From Chrysomallon squamiferum (Eukaryota > Animalia > Mollusca), in the NCBI GenBank assembly GCA_012295275.1, contig CM022670.1, positions 41,602,001 through 41,666,000 of the forward strand: DNA of 64,000 nucleotides, read 5' to 3'. Below the pieces are notes generated by a model. It had not been told where the DNA came from, did not search any database, and saw nothing but the letters and a program-made list of their open reading frames with translations. Position numbers and translations under genes: made by a program. The first letter of the stretch is position 1, and each line of letters begins with the position of its first letter. This document shows, in pieces, positions 29,485 to 43,576 of the stretch.

Positions 29485-29668
29485 AAGGAGTGTCCATAAA
29501 GTACGTACACCCTGGGGAAAGGGTGTGGTTCAGCTAGCACGCACACAGTTACAGTTTCTCTAAGGAGTACATTTCGATGCAGAAGATGATAAAAATCCCA
29601 GAGAGCAGTTTTAATACGGGCTGGAAAAATCACAGATTTTTGTTGTACGTACTTTATGCATGTTCTTT
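29485..29668. mobile_element. MITE-like element of about 180 bp with terminal inverted repeats
   Basis: Left end CATAAAGTACGTACA (about 29495) and right end TGTACGTACTTTATG (about 29644) form a perfect 15-bp inverted repeat with partly matching flanks. Confidence 0.6.
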
Positions 29669-29992
29669 AAATAAATCATCACAATTTTCTAAAGCTTTTC
29701 TCTGATCTGTTCGATTCACTGTAATCTCAGTTAATTTCTCTTTAACAAGTAAACAGCTTTCCATCATTTCCCAGTGACATAACGAGAGAAAGGTGACTTT
29801 CTTGTGTAACAGTATTGTATATGATAACAGTATTGTTCAACAGAAGAAATTACGATATAAATCATTTTACAGATGTCTGAATATTTTTCATTTGTGATTG
29901 TCTTTAATTTAGGCTGCACTGTAATTAAGTTTATTGTATTTATTTTTTCATTACAGTTTGTTAGAAATTACCATCCATAGTTGTTTTTTTGG

Positions 29993-30048
<56 letters not shown>

Positions 30049-30085
30049 TACTATCATTATTATTTTTATAATAATAATAATAATA

Positions 30086-30153
<68 letters not shown>

Positions 30154-30754
30154 TAGTATTATTGATTAGCCAGTAATGTGTAATGGAGTCGTTAGTTAAA
30201 AGAGACATTTGAAATATTGGTTGTATGTAACCTTTGTACGCTACAGCAGAAACACGTCAGGGACGTTGTTCACCCACTTTATTTGACCTCGCCGTCAGGT
30301 CACTGGTTTCAGCTGAACTTTGACCCGCAATTCTTTATGTAACGTGCGCAATATCAAATGTACATATGCATATAAATTATTTCATTTTTTTTTTTTTTTT
30401 TTTTTTTCATCAGCGGCAACGTTAAACATTGTATACTCTTGGTTACCTCTTTATCTTATATATATATATACAGAAACAATAACCATTTTCGATGTATCTA
30501 AAGTTTAATAATAAATTTTACACTATTTTCTAAATTCGTTTTTGTTTCTTTAAACGTTGTGGTGTATGTGTGCTAATAGATATTTTAAAATGTTTCTCGA
30601 GGGTTATTTAAACAACAAAACCCCAGTTAACTATATACATATACATATTTAATTATTTATATTGATTACTGATAACAGATGACTTCTCCATCTTTCGCTA
30701 AGGTCATCCGATAACTAATGATAAATTGTTAAAAAAATAAAAATAAAAATAATG

Positions 30755-30791
<37 letters not shown>

Positions 30792-31240
30792 TAAGCTGAT
30801 AAGGTTAATAATATCGTGTTCAGGGTATTAAAACGCAGATTATGCAGGTTTATTCATAGTACATATGTCCGTGCATATCTACATAAATAGATATTATAAA
30901 ACATATATGATATATGATATATATATGCACACATACATACAGAACACATAATACGTATATACACATACATGCACTCACACGGATAAAACATACTTATAGA
31001 TAACGTAATTCAAAAGATGTTTTAAAACAATAATAATAAAATTAATAAATAAATAAATAAATAAAAAATTATATATTTTGTTCAGATTAAAATAGTTTTG
31101 CTTTAACCTTATTTTTATATTGAAGTTTAAATTTTCATTGTATTGGTAATAATATGAAAACAAGTAAATAAATAAATAAATAAATAAATAAATATTAACC
31201 TTTTAATATGTACATTTTTAGATGTGTGCATGTCTGTAAA

Positions 31241-31271
<31 letters not shown>

Positions 31272-31358
31272 GTATGTGTGTGTGTGTGTGTGTGTGTATG
31301 TGTGTGTATGTGTGTGTGTTTGTGTGTGTATATGTGTGTTTGTGTGTGTGTGTGTGTT

Positions 31359-31397
<39 letters not shown>

Positions 31398-32019
31398 TTT
31401 GTGTGTGTGTGTGTATGTGTGTGTTTGTGTGTGTATTTGTGTGTGTGTGTGTGTGTGTGACGCAATATAATTATCTAATTTAAACAGGTCACTAATTTAG
31501 TTAATAAAGAATAACGAGCGACTGATAATAAAAAACTCATTTCACTAATTACAGTCTACTGTAAAATCTTCTTTCTCCTTTTTAAATTTTAATTTTAATT
31601 TTTATATTTTTTTTATTATTTTTTGTATAGCAGTTTGTTGTACTGCGTCTTTTGTAACAAGAGGAGACGTGACCTAATTAAACTGGTTAATAATGAAAAC
31701 AGTTTGGTGATGATAGACTGTTTCCGTTTCGTTAGTGTTACGACTTCACTCAGATTATTTCAATCTTCATTACAGTGCACAGCGTTATGCTGTATCATAA
31801 CCGAGCGTTTTTTTTTTTTTTTTTTTTTAATAATCCATTGATTTGAGCTGCACGCGCACGGCACGCCTAGTTACAGTGTGCGGGGATCTTCTAACCACGT
31901 GACCAAATGAATAAAAAAAAAAAAATTAAATTAAAAAATTAAATTGAAAATAACATAAAAAGATAAAATTATATTATAGTAGTATTAGTAGTATTAGTAG
32001 TACTAGTAGTACTAATAGT

Positions 32020-33492
32020 ATATTCTGTTGTAACTGGTTAGACTGCAGTAAAACGTAATATAATTAATAATAAAATAAAATAATAAATTTTAAAAATATA
32101 ATTATATATTCTGTTGTAACTGGTTAGACTGTATTCTGTTGTCTATGGATTAGACTGGTTAGACTGTATTCTGTTGTCTTGTTAGAACGTGTGTGCACAC
32201 AGACAATGTTGTCTTGTTATGTAGACTGCACACAGTATTCTGTTGTCTTGTTATGTCTGTTAGACTGGTGTGCACACAAACGATATTCTATGTCTGGTTA
32301 TATGTTGTGTTAGACTGGTTAGTATTAGACTGCACACAGACAATATTCTGTTGTCTTGTTAGACTGGTTAGACTGTGTTGTCTTGTTAGACTGTGTATTT
32401 ATTCTGTTGTCTTGTTATATATACAATTTAGACTGGTTAGACTGCACACAGACATATATTCTGTTGTCTTGTTAGACTGGTTAGACTGCTGGTTAGACTG
32501 CACTGACAATATTCTGACAATATTCTGACAATTTCTGTTGTCTTGTTAGACTGGTTAGACTGGTTAGACTGCACACAGACAATATTCTGTTGTCTTGTTA
32601 GACTGGTTAGACTGTATTCTGTTGTCTTGTTAGACTGGTTAGACTGGTTAGACTGCACACAGACAATATTCTGTTGTCTTGTTAGACTGGTTAGACTGCA
32701 CACTGACAATATTCTGTTGTCTTGTTAGACTGGTTAGACTGCACACTGACAATATTCTGTTGTCTTGTTAGACTGGTTAGACTGCACACAGACAATATTC
32801 TGTTGTCTTGTTAGACTGGTTAGACTGCACACTGACAATATTCTGTTGTCTTGTTAGACTGGTTAGACTGCACACTGACAATATTCTGTTGTCTTGTTAG
32901 ACTGGTTAGACTGGTTAGACTGCACACAGACAATATTCTGTTGTCTTGTTAGACTGGTTAGACTGCACACTGACAATATTCTGTTGTCTTGTTAGACTGG
33001 TTAGACTGGTTAGACTGCACACAGACAATATTCTGTTGTCTTGTTAGACTGGTTAGACTGCACACTGACAATATTCTGTTGTCTTGTTAGACTGGTTAGA
33101 CTGCACACTGACAATATTCTGTTGTCTGGTTAGACTGGTTAGACTGGTTAGACTGCACACAGACAATATTCTGTTGTCTTGTTAGACTGGTTAGACTGCA
33201 CACTGACAATATTCTGTTGTCTTGTTAGACTGGTTAGACTGGTTAGACTGCACACAGACAATATTCTGTTGTCTTGTTAGACTGGTTAGACTGCACACAG
33301 ACACTATTCTGTTGTCTTGTTAGACTGGTTAGACTGCACACAGACACTATTCTGTTGTCTGGTTAGAACGTCTGGTTAGACTGCACACAGACACTATTCT
33401 GTTGTCTGGTTAGAACGTCTGGTTAGACTGCACACAGACACTATTCTGTTGTCTGGTTAGAACGACTGGTTAGACTGCACACAGACAATATT
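32020..33492. repeat. 43/52-bp satellite built on 9-bp GTTAGACTG subunits
   Basis: Unit GTTAGACTG GTTAGACTG CACACAGAC AATATTCTG TTGTCTT; the first third is garbled. Confidence 0.93.
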
Positions 33493-33699
33493 CAGGGGCT
33501 CTCTGGTTCAGGAGGAGGAAGTTTGTGTGCTTGTACACGTGGGTGTGTAGAGGTATCACGGAAGGGGGAAGAAATTTGTTTATATAAGGAATATTCTTCA
33601 CTTTTTTCAAGGATGTGATTACATTTCATATTTGTCAACCCTCGTCCCAGCAGAATCAACGAGTTATAGGCAGAACAGATGCACTGGGTGTGTAGAACA

Positions 33700-33755
33700 G
33701 AAGTTGGAACGGGAAATAGCCCAGTGGGCTTACTGTCGGGGATCGATCCTGTGTC
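33700..33755 (-). mobile_element. SINE 5' fragment containing a B box
   Basis: GGAACGGGAAATAGCCCAGTGGGC...GGGGATCGATCCT; minus strand reads AGGATCGATCCCC (B box). Similar to the head of the same SINE family. Confidence 0.5.
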
Positions 33756-34235
33756 AGCAGTTCGTCACGAATACTGGCTGGATCTGACAACACGTAAAAA
33801 GGTTTACGGAAGACAAAGCTGCGAGATCTGGTTAAATCTGGATTTGTCGCATTATCTCTTTGAGATAGAGAGCGGGCGGGTGGGTAGGAGTGGGGGAGAG
33901 AGGTTATTAAGATAAACACTATCAACATGAATGAAGTTCAAGTGACTACATTCCACTTGCTGATGATTTTTATATTCTCTAAATGTAGATAGTATCTAAA
34001 TATTGCTTATGTTTGAATAAATAAATAATTTTTAGTTCATTAGTTTAAAACGCTAATAATAACATAATAACGCTTCATATTATAATCCTAAATGAATATA
34101 AAAAGGTGGAAAAACAGGAAACAAATAATTTAAAAAAAACATCCAAAAACAAACAAGAATCAACAATAAAAATGTGGAATAAATAAATGAATAAACAAAC
34201 AAACAAACAAGCAAACAAACAAACAAACAAACAAA

Positions 34236-34282
<47 letters not shown>

Positions 34283-34460
34283 GGAAAAATGAACAAATAA
34301 ATAAATTAAAAAAAATACACGAGCACAAATAAGCAAATATTTAAATCTAGAAAAAGAACGGAAACAAAAGTTATAATGAAAGACTATAATGGTGACGATG
34401 GTGATAATGATGATGATAATAATGATGATAATGATGATGATGCTGATGATAACAACGAAC

Positions 34461-34523
<63 letters not shown>

Positions 34524-34914
34524 GGATGTAATTGATAAGATACAAACATATCACATTATACAACAGCTAAGATATATCTAACAGTTATCTTACTAAACAG
34601 GGTCACTTGTACTAAAGATAAACAGAAAACAAACCTAATACAGAAACACTGGCATAATGAGTCGTTAAAACTTAAAAATATTACAACACTAATATAAAAA
34701 TGTGTAGTTCTTTGTACACGCGTTAGTTTTAATGGTCACGGGATCAAATCTGTATTCCTCTGGACTTGTGCTCTATTATGTATCAGCAATTGTCCCGTTA
34801 CGACAGCAACAACAGCAGTTTGCTATTTCTTCAACGTCTGCTATTGTTATTACTATTACTACTACTACTATTAATATTATAAATTATTATTATTAAAAAA
34901 AACCATTTAGGTAT

Positions 34915-34990
34915 ATTTAACTCTGTTTGACACCCAACAGCCGATATATATTTTTGTGCAGGAATGTCGTAAAACATTCATTCATTCATT
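34915..34990 (+). mobile_element. SINE 3' tail fragment
   Basis: TGTTTGACACCCAACAGCCGAT...GTCGTAAAACATTCATTCATTCATT, ending in (CATT)n. Confidence 0.5.
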
Positions 34991-35454
34991 ACTATAAATA
35001 TATATATAAATATAAATATATATTTATATACGAAAACAAAAAAAGGGGTTTGTTGTTAATGTTACAATTAAAAGAGGAATTATTTCTTTTAAAATTAGTG
35101 CGGCACGTGAGAATTATTACATTTGTGAACGGGTGCCCGCTTTTCACTGCCGCTTATTCCTCTACAGGGTGCGAGATTAACAAGGTGTATGAGATAAATA
35201 TTTATCAGGTGAAAACAGCAGCACCTTACACACAACACTTGACTCGTTAATTGCAGCGTTATCTTACAGCGTTCTGTGTCACCTCGCTGTTCAGATATCT
35301 TTTCATGTAACAATAATCAAAATCCCAAACTGCAGCTCGCACGCTGATCTAGTATTAACCTAATGACTGTGATTTACAGGTTCCGTTTATTATGAAACAG
35401 TTGATTTTAGTCTTGAATTCGAATACGTATTGTTATAGAGTGAGTTACTGTTGT

Positions 35455-35592
35455 AGTGTTACAGTCTGTATGATACTGATGTAAGATACAAAGTCGTATT
35501 GTTACAGTCTGTGTTATTATGTTACGATACGAAGTCGTATTGTTACAGTGTGACTTATTGTTGTAAGATACGAAATCGTATTGTTACAGTTT
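35455..35592. repeat. Short tandem repeat of about 40 bp (GTAAGATACGAAGTCGTATTGTTACAGT)
   Basis: Three to four copies seen directly. Confidence 0.7.
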
Positions 35593-38457
35593 GCTCTGTA
35601 ATTACAAAATATTAACGTATACTGATACGCTAGATATTACTATATATGCAGACATATTGTTTCAACTGATTGCTGTTGTTTGAATAGCATTATGAATTTG
35701 TGAAGGAGAATTTTATCGAAACATCAACACTTCTTTACAAAAGATAATTTGTACGTCAAGAATCTTAATAAGTTATCGAAAGACATTAAAACCTTTGTCA
35801 TCACATCTTTAAAGGTTTGTTTGGAGGATATTTCATCGTATCAGCGTCAGTCATAAACTAGTATACAAGCACTTGGTCCGTTAGAACCGTTCTGTTTGCT
35901 ATGTGAATATTTATGACTTTTCTCGAAGGAGATTTCCACTTCCGAGAGAAGAGAACTGTATATATCTCAGCAAGTGAAGAGGACAGTTTTATTGATTGGC
36001 AGTTTTCACTCCATGTTATGACTAAGTTAAGAGTTGTGATACTGTGGTGGATAGACACGTACGTGAATGAATAAACACATCTGTATTCGTGATTTAATGT
36101 AAAGTATAATGATGTATATGGTTTTATAATGTTGGTGTTTAGGATGAAATCAGCTGTAAACATTATTTTGACGCTTCCTTTAAAATAAAAAAAAAAAAAA
36201 ACTTTGAAGAATAAAATACTGGGTCTCGAATCACTAATGATGATGATGACAATGATGATTATATATATTCATACATACCTACATACCTACCTACCTACCT
36301 ACATACATACACATATACATGCATACATACACACACACACATATATAATTATATCTGTTTTAGTTATGAGTAAATATATGAATATGTGATGTAAAAAGCT
36401 ACAGCCATAACAGGATATTTAATTGATATTTATTGTATTATTTGTTAAATGAAGTCCTGTTATCATTAACTTCTGTAACTGTAAAACTGCTCTTATCAGG
36501 AAGTCCAAGTATTTGATTGGCGATGTAGGTGGATTACGCAGATGAAGAGATGTTGACGGAAAGGTATAAAATGTTGACTTCTGGAAAGAAGTGTAGTCAC
36601 AGTGTTTGATTAAATAAAAGTATAATAATTAAACAAACGGTCACTACGTAACATCGAGCACGTAACAGAGTCAAACTGCACGTCAGTCAGTCCGTTACTC
36701 ATCTTTAATAAGCCGACTTTCAAAGGGAAGTAACTGAAGATGTGCTTCCGGTTGATGATGGCGACTTCCGATGACTGGTACAGAGGAGAAGATCAAGTAC
36801 ATTGTGTGACTCAGAATCTTCCGCTTACACTGAGTGAATGAACTTCTCTATCTCATTCACATGCAAGTCAGCTGTAGCAGTACTATTAAATAAACTTAAT
36901 ACTTTTATTGTTTTGTCTGCGTGTCTGTCTCTGTACGTGCATATGTGTATATCTCTGTGGCTGTATGTTCTGTATGTGCATATGTGTATATCTCTATGTG
37001 TGTATGTTCTGTATGTATGTCTGTGTGTTGTGAGAGAGAGCGCGCATGTTTATTGTAATTGTTGCAAATCACAATTTCACTTACTTCTGCTTGTTTACTT
37101 TCTTCATCACAAAGTTTACGGAAAAAGAAACGAACAAATTTTCAGCTAAATGAATAAAAATTACCTGAAATCTTTGCCTAAATGATTAAATGAAGTTATT
37201 TAATGAAAGTGATAATTTGGGTATTTCCTTCAGTTACAATGAACTTAATTTACCGATATTTTATACAGAACTTCCGTTTTTCATTTAAAATGCTGATCTG
37301 ATGTTTGACTGTTAGAAATAATAATCCCTATAAAGTGGTAAATCCCGTTCCAACTAAAACCCACAATTAGTTTATTAGAGGCTGAAATATGTTTTGTTTT
37401 CTTTAGTCTGTTGGAAAGTGCCAATAACAGACAGCTGTCACAAAAAAAAAAAAAAAAAAAAAAATATAAATAATATATAAAAAAATGAATTTCAAATAAA
37501 GAAAAGTCGACCGAAATGTCTGCCATTAAGTAGTCGATGACAGAAAATTAATCAATGTTGTCAAACAGAAGTAATCATAACATGTCTATACTGATCTTCA
37601 TGCACTGAATTTGTTTAATCTAATTCATACAAGTACTAAAATGTGAAAATTATGGATTTGTGTAACAACAGTCATGGTACTGACTGTGTTAGTCTAAACC
37701 TAAGTGCTTGCCTTACATAAATCTCTGCTAGTAGTTCTCTCGTCTGTGGAGATGATTTAGTCACCTCTTGTCATGTTTTATGTTCGCCAAGCACGTGAAG
37801 AGTCTCAAATCTGTGTTAAATTTAGTACAGAACAAACACATACACGTATAAGTGGCTGTATGAGAAACAGTACATCAGAGTGATGTCCCGTAGTATAGCT
37901 CTTCTGTCGTCAAAAGAAAAGGTTTAGTGGGTAGATGAAATAGATTTTTAGAGAAACATCTAGCCAAAGTGGGATGATGAAGTAAGTGTACGTTTGTGTT
38001 TTACTTTCCATGGGAAGGTCTCCGAAATGACTAGATGTTGCTAACTGGGAAAAGTAAATTATGAAATTGTATTTTCTTTCGGACAATATGACATATAACA
38101 CCACCACCACCACCACCACCAACAGTAACAGCAAAATAATAAAATAACAAAATAATTAATAATTTCTCCGAAAATCTTCAGTCTTTTTGTCAGCTAATAG
38201 TCATTAATATTATGGCTAAACTATCATTTATTTATTATTATTATTTTTAATTTAATTATTTACAGGATTTTGGAACTGTGACTTAATAGTTTATCTGGAT
38301 TTCTTCCTTAACAGAAATGAACTCGAAGAAGCCGCTGTAATGAATTTATTTACCTAAAACAAAAGAATTTATAGAAATATTTAGTAACTTTTCTTATGTA
38401 CAAAAAATATACTAAAAAAGAAAGAGAAAGAATAACAAATAATTTTCACCTTAAAAG

Positions 38458-38514
<57 letters not shown>

Positions 38515-38924
38515 TAAACAAAAGTTCGGAGACTTCGACTAAGATTAACAAAAAATAGGTGCGTTGTTTGCAGTCTGCGCATGTTAATCAGCTGACGTAA
38601 TGAAGTTGAGAGGTCACAGTGGGCTGGCACTGCCTCGTTCTGACGCTGGTTATCAGGTAAACTGGGGTCGTGGCTGCTTCTATCGCAGTTCTACGTTTTT
38701 CTCGGTTTTTTTACGTGGGAACACGTTAGACACCGGCAGACTGGAATGCTAGGAATCCCAAACAAAAGACAGACGCGGAGAGACTGCAACACGAGACAAA
38801 ACAATTAAAACTTAGTCTCCCGGCTTCTTGTTTGATAAACTGTAGCTGTACTATTTTTATCTCTGGCTTGTCTATTAAATTAATTATACTCACAAGTAAT
38901 ATAAAGAATACACTGTCCTGTCCC

Positions 38925-38940
38925 TCTGTGTGTGTATGTA

Positions 38941-38973
<33 letters not shown>

Positions 38974-39499
38974 ATGTATGTATGTATGTATGTATGTGTG
39001 TGTGATTATGTATGTATGTATGTATGTGTGTATTAATGTATGTATGTATGTATTAATGTATGCATGTATGTATGTATGTGTGATTATGTATGTATGTATG
39101 TATGTATGTATGTATGTGTGTGTGATGATGTATGTATATGTATGTGTGTGTTGATGTATGTATGTATGTATGTATTGTATGTATGTATGTATGTATGTAT
39201 GTGTGATTATGTATGTATGTATGTATGTATGTGTGTGTGTGATTATGTATTAATGTATGTATGTATGTGTGTATTAATGTATGTATGTGTGAATTAATGT
39301 ATGTATGTATGTATGTGTGTGTGTGTCTGTTTGTCTACCTAACTCTGAATGTCTGTCCTTCTTATCAACCTACCTACTTACTTAGCGCACACACATACAT
39401 ACACATACATCTATCTATCTATCTATCTATCTATCTCTGTTAGTCTATCTATCAGTCTGTCTGTATATTTCTGTCTATCTGTCTATCTGTCTATCTATA

Positions 39500-39559
<60 letters not shown>

Positions 39560-39595
39560 AATCTATCTATTTATCTCTCATTATCAGTCTGTATG

Positions 39596-39626
<31 letters not shown>

Positions 39627-39790
39627 CTGTCTATCTTTCTATCTATCGGTCTCTCTACCTGTCTATCTATCTATCTATCTATCATTCTCTCTATCTGTCT
39701 ATCTGACTATCCAACCATCAGTATCTCTCTCTCTCTATGTATATATATATGTCTGTCTGTCTATCTATCTATAAGTTTTATATCTGTCTG
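38925..39790. repeat. Compound (TATG)n/(TCTA)n microsatellite block
   Basis: Seen directly in the sequence. Confidence 0.9.
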
Positions 39791-40844
39791 TGCGAACTAA
39801 ACGAAACATTTACAAATATAAAAATATGAAAACAAAAGATATTTTTATCAAAGAACCACATTAGACTGTGATACGAAACTGGAAACATAAAGTGCCTGTT
39901 TTTCTTGTTTGTTCAATATCGTTTTGATTAATAATACAACACGACTGCATTAGCAAACGTCACGTGACCTCCTTTCATCTGCAATCATCTGGGATTTGGA
40001 CAAAGGGGGGTCGGGGGCCTGCCGCACGTCAAAACTGCTCGTTATGTCGCATTCCTGCGGCAGTCACCCCCGGAACTTGAGCTATGGGGGTCAGACGAAT
40101 TTGAATAATGTTGACAAGCGAGTGAGGCAGGAATCCGAGGTTGTTTTTATAACTTATATCAGCAGCTGCAGACGGTTGGGGAAACTACTTACACGAAGTC
40201 AACATCCTCCCCCCCTCAAACCGCTAACACCTAGCAATATTTCTGGAATCGGTTGTCGTCTGCTAGGACATTCGACGTCTGTAAACCGTAAGCTAAAATA
40301 GCAGACGTGACAAGCACAAGGGCGGGAAAGGAAATGGACATTAAAACCGACAGAAATTCGGCAGATTTAGTAATTTTGTAAAACAGAATCCAGATCGTGT
40401 CCGTTTTATACGTCAACAGCAACGACGACAGCATTAGAAAGCGGCCAACTGCTGTTTTTGTGTTTTTAAATAAATCTTTCTACGTTGGGAAATAAATGAT
40501 ATATTATTAATATATAAATTATTTTTATTTTTATTTTTTGGATTTAAAATCAGAGTTGGTGAGGAGAATCTTGGCAGGACTTTTAGGATAATGTCTTTTT
40601 TTAATTTGTTTTTGAAATTCGGACAGTTGTAAATCAGATTCACATTAATTTTACCTTGAAAGGTAATAAATAAAAGAAAGTGTTTGAGTCTATAATAACG
40701 TATATGTTTTTGTGTATATGGTATAAACACTCACAAACAGACAAATTAAATAATCAACCTATCTTCGAAATAGTTATCTTCAAAAAAAAAAAAAAGAACA
40801 CAACAGTTAAAAAAAAGTAAAAATAATAAAAAATGAAAGAATAG

Positions 40845-40903
<59 letters not shown>

Positions 40904-40938
40904 AAAATAAAAAAAAAAATAAATACAAAAAAAAAATA

Positions 40939-40969
<31 letters not shown>

Positions 40970-42293
40970 AGAAATAAAAAAGCATACGTCCAGATGAAAC
41001 AGGGGTAATTAAAGTTGTCACTTGTTTGTTAACATCGCGACCTACAAGGTGTACAAAGACGTCAAGTCCGCCTCAACAACAACGTTTTATTATTATGCGC
41101 GGCCACGTGGTTTTTCACTGAACGTTTTCATCTGGGCTGTGTTTAGCGCTACATTTCACATATGTAAAAACCACCGTGCAAAACTTCCGTTGGATTCGCA
41201 CACTCCCCGGAATAGGTCACGCCCATCCGTCACGCGACCCGGGCTGTTAAAGGGAGTCGCTCGGCTTCTCGTTGTCGCGAGGTGCGTGATTGTGCGTGAT
41301 GTTCCGTGTCTCGCAGACGTCTGCGTGTTCCACCAGCCTGTCAAACACGACTCTTAGCAAGATGAAACACAACACTGCTGTTTGAACACAGTCAGCGTGG
41401 GAGTCCGTGTAGCGTCAGCTCTATACACCTGGCGTGGTTCGGTGTGATCCGTAGTAGTAGTTGTTTCGTGTTAGTAGTCTCTGTGTAGCAGTTTGTGTCG
41501 GGGAAACGTCACGGATGTTTTAGTAAATTTGTCTTCAGTGTGGCGGTTATGTAGAGTTGTGATGACAAGAGAGTTATTACACACTCAGTGTTGTTTTCAG
41601 TTATTTAGTAGCAGCAGCAGTAGCATGAGTAATATAAGTAGTAAAAGTAGAAGTAGTAGCAGCAATATTATTACTAGTTTTAGTAGTAGGAGTTCTAGTA
41701 ATATTAAAAGTAATAGTAGAAGTGGTAACAGTAATATTAGTAGTAATAGCAGAAAAAATGGTGTCAGTTGTTGAAGTATTACTATTCGCATTAGCTGTAT
41801 TAGCAGTATTAACAGATACTGATACAGAGATATCGCGGAGAAAGGATTAATTATATTTAACTCGTTGTTTCCAGTACCCGCCGTGTTACACTCAAGATAC
41901 ATTAGTCTCAACACCACGATATCGGGTTTAAAGCCACTTGAACAGAAGCGAACGTATAAACTGAAAACCTGCCTGCACGGGTACATTCTCGTACACGGAG
42001 AGCGAACCTCGGTGATATCTGTAACGAGAGGCAGATTATCCCTATCTTTTACTTAATCGTATTATTCTCTTAAAAAACTAATCGGGAATCGGATCATTTT
42101 ACACCAATCTCGCGCCGGTCTTTCGTTCATTGGCTGCTCTTCACGGTAACAAACGTGGCCTCTTCAGCAGATTTCAATTCTAAACATGTCTGCTTAGAGA
42201 TCGCTAAACTTTGTACCCTTCTGAAACATCGACTCTGAGGATAGCTTATCTTTGAACTCGATGTGAATGTGTTACTAGAAATTTAGAGAAACT

Positions 42294-42406
<113 letters not shown>

Positions 42407-42526
42407 TGTCAGTAATTTAGGAGTGTATTTTCATACAGGAACAGTTGACGTACGTTAGTTTGGAAATGCGGTTGTATTCATTCTCTGACACACAACACAT
42501 CTATCCCATCCACCCACACCTACTCC

Positions 42527-42618
<92 letters not shown>

Positions 42619-43541
42619 ATTCTGAAAAAAGAATATACCAATACTGTAATTCCATTTATTCACAGCACACAAAGTAAAATTTCAGGATCATTTTTTGAAA
42701 ATTGTAATTTTGAATAAATTATAACAAATACATCAAAGAATGTGAAAAATGTTAAACTACAAAAATCGGTGACTAAATCTGCAGAGTGGACGCGTAGCGT
42801 AGGCCTGTCACGTGACTTTGACTCAGCGAGGAAGGGCACGCGCAGAGGTATTTTTGGCGTCTGTTTGCTGTGACAGAAGTTAAACAAAACAAACAGCGAA
42901 AAGTGTCAAACAGAACAACCTCGCTGACAAGTTTGGTGTCGATGTCGTCGTCATCTGATCGACGTCAGCTTCAGTCGTCATTTGTTGTGTATACGAATGT
43001 TATATGTCGTCATCTGTTCGACGTCAGGATGACGATAGATTCAGAGAGAGAGTCATTTGTTGTGATATACGAATCTATTTATATGTCTGATTAAAGCTAC
43101 AGACAACGTCGTAATACTAAAATGTTTAAAAACAAAAAACACAATATTCTGAATGCACCTGTTTGACTTTTCTGATTAATCTGATAAACAAAGTAGCGTA
43201 GCGCGGTGATACATCAGTTTATTTGTTGTTCAACACCAGAGTATCTCAGTCGCTGGTAGTGTTTACCACCCGCAATGAAAACAGCAAACAATTATGTTGT
43301 TTATTTTCCAATAATCCTTATCGGCAGACTTTATTTCAAAGAAACTGTTATCAGATGAACGCGTTGAAACATCCACTCGTTAGCTGTTACAGCGAGATCT
43401 CGTTCACACTTTGTCACTGCGCAGACTCAAACACCAGCCAGATCAAACACGTTATTTTATTTTATTTATTTATTTACATATTTAATTGTTCTGTTGTTCC
43501 ACTGATTGATTATTTATTTATTTATTCAGTTACATATTTGT

Positions 43542-43576
<35 letters not shown>

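Noticed and set aside
35700-36160. Possible decayed LINE reverse-transcriptase fragment (LGPL-like peptide)
   Set aside because: Only a 4-residue resemblance, with no other RT motifs.
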